A DNA stretch of 64,000 nucleotides, taken from assembly GCA_977018835.1 (NCBI GenBank), contig OZ361259.1:1922001-1986000 (forward strand), read 5' to 3'. The position numbers and the translations under genes are program-made. Numbering within the stretch: the first letter of the stretch is position 1; each line of letters starts with the position of its first letter. The notes under the pieces were generated by a model. It worked only from the letters and a program-made list of their open reading frames with translations, searched no databases and was not told where the DNA came from. Shown here in pieces: positions 23,930 to 32,415 of the stretch. This stretch comes from Minutocellus sp. GHC0000111 (taxonomy: Eukaryota).

Positions 23930-25066
23930 TTCCATGCGACGTGTCAGACTTGAATGACGTCATTAGGAAATATGAGGCTGCTTTGTTTTTTGAAGCAGCA
24001 AAGCGAGCATGCTTCCATGGCCTGACGACTGTCCGGCATGGTCTTGCTGGTCTTCTCGAGGTGAGAGAGATGCTCCAGGCTGTGTTGCTTCCGGAGCTTG
24101 AGAAAGTTGATGTCAATGATGTTCGGTCGCCTAAGCTAACGGCGTTCCATCTGCCGGGCTTGGCTGGCTTCCTCACTCGTGCCGCCGACTGTTGCACTGA
24201 CAAGGCCACGGTCTCTTGGATGACCGCAGCAGCAGTCAAGGAGGCGGAGGGATCGAAAGAGGCGGAAGAGAAGACTCTTTCTGTGACTCCTCTCCACCAG
24301 CTGCAACTGGACATGGTGACCAAGTTTTAGAACCGGCAAACGCGACTGACTCTTGATCTGACAACCGACACCCCCAGCACCAGCAGCAGCAGATGGCTCT
24401 CTGCACGACTAACACTCTCTCAACAGCATGTTGGCAGTTAAAGCTAGCTGTCAAAAAAGGACAGGACCAAAGAAAGAAGAGACAGGTGTAAAAGAAGAGC
24501 AGTTGTTCTTGAACAAAGAAGACGTGGCAACAATTGTGCAACGTGTGGGAACCCGGAACTAAGTCCGGCGAGGAAACACCTGGCAGAAGCGCAAACGCTT
24601 TTGTGCCCAAAAAACACCTGAGGATGTGGGGCCACAGCAGGCGACTGAACACCAGAAATGTGTGGGATTTTTCCCCTCACAACAACTTCATGAAAAGAAG
24701 TTGTTAGTGCTGAGGAGGTGCCTGTGCCTGTCAAGGCATGGGTTCGAACTCTCGTCGACCGCGGCAGCCAAGAGTTGGGGCCAAAAAAGCGGAATGTGCT
24801 GGCAGCAGTTGAAACTGGGGTCCACCTGCTACGCAGCAACGCACACCCCCCCCTCTGTGCTTCAAAACAAAGTTTCTTGGACCCGTTCGACTGATCATGA
24901 TGCTCAGAAACCCAGGGCCATTGTAAGCATCCGTGACCGACACGCCGAGTTTCTGAGGCGGGACTGTAGCCGGAGACATTTTCGGCGCAACTCACGAGTC
25001 CAAAACCTCATGCATGAAGACAGCTTCAAGCACCAAAACATCGCAGCCGCCACCCACACATACTAG
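23930..25066 (+). pseudogene. Degenerate coding/TE-like relic, TpA-depleted (repeated from 42640 to ~43683)
   Basis: Protein-like fragments broken by stops and frame changes (YEAALFFEAAKR...LQAVLLPELEKV; KAWVRTLVDRGSQELG). I counted 12 TA dinucleotides in 24001-25060. Confidence 0.45.
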
Positions 25067-25289
25067 TAATGCCCACTCGACAATTCAATTCCACACAAAA
25101 AATTCCACACAAAACCCCGTAACGGCACATCAAGACCAGCAGTCATTCTCGGCATTGCGATTGTACCTCTAGGTAGCACTTTTCACGCCTCACAATTTGC
25201 CATAAATCGCGAAACGCAAAGCGCCAATACCAATACCTTTCTCTTATCCATCCTCCTACGTGTACTCTTGTCCCCATCGCATCATCATC

Positions 25290-28273
25290 ATGTTCTCCGA
25301 CAAGGCATTGCGCTCGTTCCTCCTCGGCGGCGCCGCCACCGCTCTCGTTTTCATGCCATCAACCGTCCTGGCGGCTGATCTAACTCACTCCCCGGTCGTC
25401 GGCGGAGTCACCACATCCAAGGCCAAGATTCAATTCCGCACGGACATGGCGACGACATCCGGCGTCGTCATCCAGTATGCCACCACCGAGGCTGGACTGG
25501 CCGCCCCCTCCGCCACGACGTCCGTCGCCACCGCCGCCGGCAGCGACTTCGCGGCCACCGTCGAACTCGACGGCCTAACCGAGGATCAGACCTACTTCTA
25601 CAAGATCCTCGTCGACGGCGTCGATAGTGGTTCCGTCTACAAGTTCAACACCCTCCCCCCCGCCGATGCCGGTGCGACATGCACTTTGGCCGTCTTCGCC
25701 GATGTCTCGAACGAGGACCTTCCTGCCCCGGCCTACGCAATGGGACATGCCCACAATCCCACCATGGCCTTCCAGATTGGTGACTTCAACCATGGCTCTC
25801 CGTTCAATCCTCGCCGTGGAACAACTCCCGCCCGGGACATGCACAAGCTCATGCGTGATCCGTCCACGCTTCATGGCGCCGACTTTGTCAACCACGTAGC
25901 CTCGCAGATGCCCTTGATGCACATCTTTGACGACCACGACTATTGCGGTAAGTTGGCCTTATCATATATGTATCTGCTGATCGATATGCCCTGCATGGAG
26001 GCCATTGCCATGCTTTACTTATCATACCAACATGTACACATATATATTTACTTCTCCTCACTTTGCGACATTTCAATTCTTACGCAAATAAACATAACGT
26101 CTTCAGGCAACGACTCGGACGGATCTTGCCGTAGAAAGGACCAAATCGTCGCAGCTTTCAAGGAGTACTATCCATCATACGACTTCCTTGGCGATTCGAC
26201 AGGCAACGGTGAGGTCGCCCAGAAGTTTGGATGTGGAGACGCCGAGATCTTCGTCCTTGATACTCGCACTCAGCGCCCTCCCGAGGCCGCGACTGCATCG
26301 GAAGCTGCCGCCGCTGGTAGGTCTATGCTTGGTGCCGACCAGCTTGCCTGGCTCCAAGATGGCCTTAGTACTTCCACCGCAACATGGAAAATTATTGTTT
26401 CAACGGTCACAGCTAGCATCGATGCTCGTGATGGAGTTGCCTATGACAATTGGGCTGGCTTCGAGGAGGAGAATCAAATCATGTTTGATTTCCTCCACAA
26501 CCCCAACGCGCCTATTACCAACGTCATCCTGGTTTCTGCTGACATCCACACTGGCGGTGGTATCGACGATGGCCGTAACAACCGTTGGGGCATTCCTGAA
26601 ATGAGTATTTCGCACACCAACTTAGACGCAGCAACAACAGCCATCAACAATGGCAGGACCGGTACCTGGAGCGAGGTAAGTCGCCAGGGAAGAAGCTTGT
26701 CAATGTTGTAAACTCAAATTTTTTTACCAATCCGTCTAACACATACGTACATCAACCTCCTTCTATTCTATTATGTCCCCTCTGCTCTGCATTTCTCAGG
26801 GCGTCACATCCGGCAACGATGGTGGTGGATATGGCCTAATCACCATCACTGGCGAGACTCTTACTTTGAAGTCTATGGGCGCCGATGCAGTCGACAGCGT
26901 TCGCAATGATTTCACCCTCCACGAAGGCAAGCAGACATCGTTTACCCAGGGACCTCAGGCGGAAATGATTGACCTCATCACCAAGTTCGAAACTCAATTT
27001 GGTACCAATTCCACCGATGATGCAGCCATGAGGGCCAAGTTTGTGAGACTTGGCTTCCATGACTGTGTCGGTAGTTGCGATGGATGCATCGATTCAGGCG
27101 CCGACAACAACGGCCTCGATATTCCCATTTATGCCCTTCAGCACATTGTTGACGAGGCCAACGAACTTTCCCGCGCCGATGTCTGGGCCGCCGCCGCCTT
27201 CTGGGCCGCCGGAGCTAGTCAAGATCAAGACCGCAGAAACACTCACATTGATTTTTCTATTGATATGATTGGTTACGGCCGAACTGATTGCGAGAATGCC
27301 CCGAATGAGAACCATCAGCTTGACCCACAGGCTTCTGGCTACAATGCTGGACCAGTACGTCACTTGCCCTCGGCGGATCTGGACTCGCATGGACTCAAAA
27401 ATTTCTTTCTACAGGAATTCGGCTACAGCACCCGCGAAACCGTCGCTATCATGGGGGCCCACACCCTCGGAACGCTCCATCCAGAAAATTCTGGATTCAA
27501 CAGCGGGGAGATAGGTTGGGTCGTCAACGACCACATTCTCGACAACAAGTGAGTTGGACATGTATACCTGGCTAGGTACTGCAATGTCATTTCATTTATC
27601 TATGAAAGCGTATCAAAGCAGAGCTCACTGACTTTTCACCTTTGAATTGCTTTTAATCTTACACCTTCAATCTCTCAGCTATTATCAAGTGCTTGTTGGC
27701 CCCGAAGCTGGAAGCAGCGAGGCGGCTGGCATGACCGAAGAAGAGCGGCTCTTCGATGCTGTCGATTGGGACGTCCAGCCTGCTCTCGACAACAATGGCA
27801 TCCCCACCGGCAAATTCCAGTGGGATCACACCTTCCCTGACAGAACTGATGTGGCGATTATGACCAACGCCGATATTGCTTTGGCAAGAGAATTCAGCGG
27901 TGATGCTGTCAACAAGGCTGACCTGAACAACCCCTCCACCGGAGAAGGCGATTACAAAGATTCTGTGACGGGTGAAGTCAGCTGCATCTTCAAGTGCAGA
28001 CGTGCCAACAATTGCCCTAGGACGCCCGTATGCCCGGGTGCTTGGGCCACTTTGCAAATCATGGATGAGTACCAAAGCGATTTGACGCTTTGGTTGACGG
28101 AATTCCGAGATGTCTTCGCTCGGATGCTTCATAACAAGTATCAGATTGATCCAACCTGTGAGATTGAACCTTGCAATCTTGTCTGCCTACCTGGTGGTTC
28201 TGCTTGCTCCGAGAGTCATCAATGCCTCAGCGGTGTTTGTTTGGGCGACGGTACCTGTGAGGCTGAGGCATAA
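25290..28273 (+). CDS. Secreted PhoD-family alkaline phosphatase / heme peroxidase / Cys-rich fusion protein (~856 aa), copy 1; exons 25290-25947, 26107-26675, 26800-27548, 27679-28273
   Basis: Signal peptide; FN3-like PhoD_N (VELDGLTEDQTYFYKI); PhoD motifs IGDFNH, FDDHD, FVLDTR, MLGADQLAWL and SADIH; peroxidase motifs RLGFHDCVGSCDGC, LSRADVW, VAIMGAHTLG, DNNYY and MTNADIAL; Cys-rich C-terminus. The three GT-AG introns give 2571 nt in one frame. Confidence 0.85.
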
Positions 28274-28871
28274 TTTCGAAGAATATTCGATTCGATTCAT
28301 TCATGTCCACAAGCCTACCGTGGTGGTGTGGTGGTGGTTCGTCCCGCTAAATATAGCTTAAATCTATCTATCATAATGAAAAGTTAGAACCAAATTCAAT
28401 TGAATAGGTAGCCTCATTTGCATCAGTAAGAACGAATATCAATAACATAAACAAAAACTCGCAATTGTAAACACTGTAGGGTAAGATTGAGTGAGGGTGA
28501 GGTGAAGGTCGGTACACGTAGAACTACTCGAGGTCACGGTCTCTCCAAGCGTTAGGATTGTTGGCCGGTACGAAGCTTTCGAAAATAGCTGCCAGATCAA
28601 GCCTACCGGTAGTCTAAAAATATGGGATTACATGTAAAAGTTGTTAGAAAATCGTTAGAGGAGTTAGACATAGGGATCCCTAGATCTACATGTGTGCCAA
28701 AGGTCGCTGGTGAATAGTACTTAGTAGGCATTCCTAGTACGTGTACCGGTATTGCATTCACTCTCCTCAAATCCTGCTTTGGTCGAAGCTTGCAACAACA
28801 AAACTCAGATTTTGGACGACAATTGAGTCGAGCGAATCGAGCGCTTTGATGATGGATGGATCAGGGATGCA

Positions 28872-29704
28872 ATGGGAGATGGGAGCGGCTTCCACATCAT
28901 ATCTAATCGCCATGGACCTCGCCTCGCCGCCGCGCAGAGTTTCTCCCGCAAGGGCTGACATGGTGGACGATGCAGTGTCCTTCGAGGAGTTCGGGAGAAG
29001 AACCTCCTCGCGAAGCTCCTTCCATGTGTATTCGGCGAGCGTGACTTTGTAAGCTACGGCGAGGTGCTCCGCTATGTTGTAGTCAAGGGCGATAACTGCT
29101 TCATTTTTACTGAGGAGAGTGACCCATCACCGCTCTATGCGATCCCTTTGCACGACAAGATGGCCATCCTGGAAGATCCAAATCAGCCAGAAGGTACCAG
29201 CCTCACTATCTCACCAACCTTTAAGAACGTTTCCAAAGAAGACCTTGATACTGTGTTGTTGAAATATCGCGGTAGTGGGAAGATAGCCTATCAATTCACT
29301 TTCAATAAAAGGGACGGGTCAAACTTGGCCGATGGATTTTTGGGAGTTGTTTGCTCTTCGTCGAAGAAAAGCTATGCGAATGGTGTGGTCGGAGACAAGG
29401 TGAGAACTTTTGCGTTGCAGATATTTGTCACTGAATCTCGACATGGTGCAGCGATACATGTATGTTTCAGCGGGCTGGCGGGGAGATGGTCCGACTTATC
29501 TCCAAGAAGAAGAAGAAGAAGTCAGTCTTCGAATCTGAAGCTAATCTACTACGTAGCATTCCTTCGCCATATCCTCAACAAAATTCCTTGACATTCTTTT
29601 CGTATCCATATCTCTTCTATAATCAGACGTCCTCTGTTGTTTATGCTCAAAAAGTTGCAGCCGATAAGGAGAAATATCAGCCGGTGGACCCTAACAAGAG
29701 ATAA
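28872..29704 (+). CDS. PH-domain-like protein, copy 1; intron 29400-29626; in-frame TGA at 28956
   Basis: GEVLRYVVVKGDNCFIFTEESDPSPLYAIPL (PH beta-strands). The splice gives GDK|TSSVVYAQKVA. The start codon is uncertain. Confidence 0.6.
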
Positions 29705-30106
29705 CTTTGGATATGAGTCGAAGTAAAGTGCATAGTAGTATGTAGCTACTAGCTAGCTAGTAGCGACAATGCTGTACTCTTTTACGAACGGGTATTGTTT
29801 GATTATTCTTTTTATGGTGTCTTTATATCAGACAGTATCATGAATCGACAGTATCGGCACATCTAATCATGTAGCTTTCCTGAATCGGTCATTCTCTTGT
29901 CATGTTAACTCGCATCATTCAACCATGCATTATCCCTTTTTGTATGCATCATATTCAAAAAGGGAAACCCCTCCCTAATCCGAGCATATCCAATTTCCGT
30001 CGACTCTACCAGCCAAAGCAACAAGAAAGGGGACCAACATGCGCGCTGAAGCAGACAGCAAACGAAGCCCAACGCTCCAAAAATAAATGCCTCGCCACCC
30101 CACCGC

Positions 30107-30970
30107 TCATATCGAGGGGATGTCCCGGGGCCGATCCTGCTTCTTGGATCCAGGCTTCTTGGCCTGGAAGTGGTCGGCCCTGGCGGCCTCGTACGCGGCG
30201 GCGGCGAATCCACCGACCAGAGGACGGTGGTCGGCAGTGCCCGACTTGGTCGAGGCCTCCTTGGCCATCTGGGCCTGCCGTTGTCGGAGCCGCTCCGACT
30301 CGGACATTCGGGCGGCCGGGGGCTTGGCCGGCTTGAAGGGTGGGATCTCCGGCAGGGGCAAGGGTTTGTACGGGGGGATTTCCGGCAGATCGAAGTCCAT
30401 GTAGCTTGGTTTCTTGGGCTTCGAGCTGCTGCTGCTGCTGGACCCGCCGCCGGGCTTGTGACTTGCCGGCTTCGACGACGAGCTGCCCGAGCTTGCGCCA
30501 CCAGGCTTGTAGCTCGCCGGCTTCGAGCTGCTACCACTGGACCCACCGCCGGGCTTGTAGCTGGCTGGCTTGCTGTTGCTACCACTGCCGCCACCGGGCT
30601 TGTAACTCATCGGCTTTCCGTCGGCTCCAGGTGGCGGAGCTCCCGCTTGCTTGGCGGCCATGAGGGAGGCCGCCGTCAGGCCGGCGGGAGGCGCCCCCAT
30701 CGCACCCGAGCCCCGTTTGGACATACCGGGCTTCATGTTCGTGGGCTTGGAACTACCTCCGCCGCCGCCGCTGCGGGCGGGAAAGCCCACGAGCAGACCA
30801 TTGGCATCCTCGTCGTCCGTGGAACGTCGGGCGCTGCTGCCGCTGCCCTTGGATTTGGAGGGTGAACTCCTTGATCCGCCGCCGCCGCGAGAGGAGGACG
30901 AGGCACCCGTCCGAGGCTTGCTGCCGCGGGCCGAGGCCTCGATGGCCGCGATCTCGTCTTCCATATCCAT
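30107..30970 (-). CDS. Gly/Ser/Lys/Pro-rich repeat protein with C-terminal HRPLVGGFAAAAYEAAR motif, copy 1
   Basis: 287-aa ORF with GC-rich codon usage, four KP[AM]S[YH]KPGG repeats and a non-repetitive C-terminal motif. Confidence 0.75.
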   Translation of the reverse strand: MDMEDEIAAIEASARGSKPRTGASSSSRGGGGSRSSPSKSKGSGSSARRSTDDEDANGLLVGFPARSGGGGGSSKPTNMKPGMSKRGSGAMGAPPAGLTAASLMAAKQAGAPPPGADGKPMSYKPGGGSGSNSKPASYKPGGGSSGSSSKPASYKPGGASSGSSSSKPASHKPGGGSSSSSSSKPKKPSYMDFDLPEIPPYKPLPLPEIPPFKPAKPPAARMSESERLRQRQAQMAKEASTKSGTADHRPLVGGFAAAAYEAARADHFQAKKPGSKKQDRPRDIPSI

Positions 30971-31497
30971 GGTTGTTTTGCGATTTGTGGTTGTGTAGTT
31001 CCAGTGGGCTTATGTGTTCCGCTTGCGGTTTCAAGGAGGACTTCCGGCACTACCAACGGAGCAACCGAAAGACAGAGAGAGGGAAAAGACAGGCAAGAAT
31101 TGCTACCGCCCGACGACGGCAAGTGCTTCGAGAATATAATGCAGTGCTCAAAGGCGTGGGAATGACCGCTCCTTTGATTGAGGCACACGGTCACCTATGG
31201 CATCAATAAGATGTGTGACCATGGGGTCTCTTGATGTTGCGAGGCAGGGGGCGGAGCGGAGCCGACGGGAGAATTTCGGCGTGTGACGTGTGTGAGTTTT
31301 TGAGAGCCGAGCGCCGAGGTCAGAAGGCTGGTCAGAAACCGCCTCAAAACTCAAAAACCACCAACGCAACATCTTGTGTGCATCGCTCCGTTCATTGTTG
31401 CCCTTGCACCCATATTGCCAACTAATCTTGACGACCGCCCGAAGCTTTCATTTCTACCCCATTGTCACCACTTACAAACCAAAGGACATAACAAAAG

Positions 31498-32372
31498 ATG
31501 CCCGCAACAGCCGGCAAAGTGCGCATGCCGCACAGCAACCGCATGACCACCTCGAACTCTCTCAAGACGAGTGACATGTGGTCGAAAACGATCGGTCATG
31601 ACCCGCACGCCAACCGAGAGGATGAGGGTACTGACGCGGCCACCGCCGCGGCCGACGCGCAAAAGGCCAAGAGCCTGATGGAGCTGGCGAGGTTGCAAAA
31701 TGTCGCCGGCCGGGCGAGGGATGGAGGAGGAGATGGCGGGGCATCGGCCACCAACGAATTTGCCCGCCAGGCGTGGCTGGGATTGAAGGGTGGCAAGAAG
31801 CGCCGGGCCGATGTTAACGGCGCCGGTGGTGCGGGTGCCGCCGGTGCATTTGGTGCCGGAGGATATGGGCACGGGGACAGTAGCAGCAGTGAAGATGAAT
31901 ATGTCGAGGAGGCCGCTCAGGAGGAGGCTGCCATGGCCGATGCCAAGCAGGCTGCAGCAGCAGGTGGCGGCGACGGCTCTGAGGCGCTGGTCGAAAAGGA
32001 TAGTAGGAAGCGTCGTTTCAAGAAGGACGAGAAGAAGAGACGGAAACGGTCAAGCAAGAAGAGAAAGAAGAGGGGTTCTTCTTCGTCGTCATCGAGTGAT
32101 GACTCCTCCTCCTCTTCGTCGTCTTCTTCAGATGAGAGCAGAGAGCGGCGCAGGCGGCGCAAGCGGCGGAGGGATCGTGACGATGACCGAAGGTACGTAG
32201 TCGGAAGAAGAGAAGTAGCAGGCACAGGAAGAGGAGCAGTCGATATGATGGCAGTGATAGTGATTCCTCGTCGGATGACGAATCGAGGGAGAGACGACGT
32301 AGGAAGCATAGGAGGAAGCATAATGATCATGATGGAAAGAAGAGCAGGAAGAGCAGGGATCGAGATAACTAA
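31498..32372 (+). CDS. CAX-interacting protein 4 (CXIP4)-like RS/acidic nuclear protein, copy 1; frameshift near 32192
   Basis: N-terminus MPATAGKVRMPHSNRMTTSNSLKTSDMWSKTIGHDPHA matches the plant CXIP4 N-terminal motif as I recall it. After a -1 shift the RS tail continues RSRKKRSSRHRKR...RDRDN to TAA at 32372. Confidence 0.75.
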
Positions 32373-32415
32373 TTTTCTACGTAGCTAGTAATCGGATATG
32401 CAACATTCTATTGTG

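Noticed and set aside
30107..30970. Silaffin or frustule-protein call for the Lys/Ser repeat protein
   Set aside because: No signal peptide at the N-terminus, so secretion to the silica vesicle is unsupported.
32193..32200. 8-nt GTACGTAG micro-intron that would restore the CXIP4 frame
   Set aside because: Far too short for a spliceosomal intron; one missing G in AGG-GTA explains it more simply.
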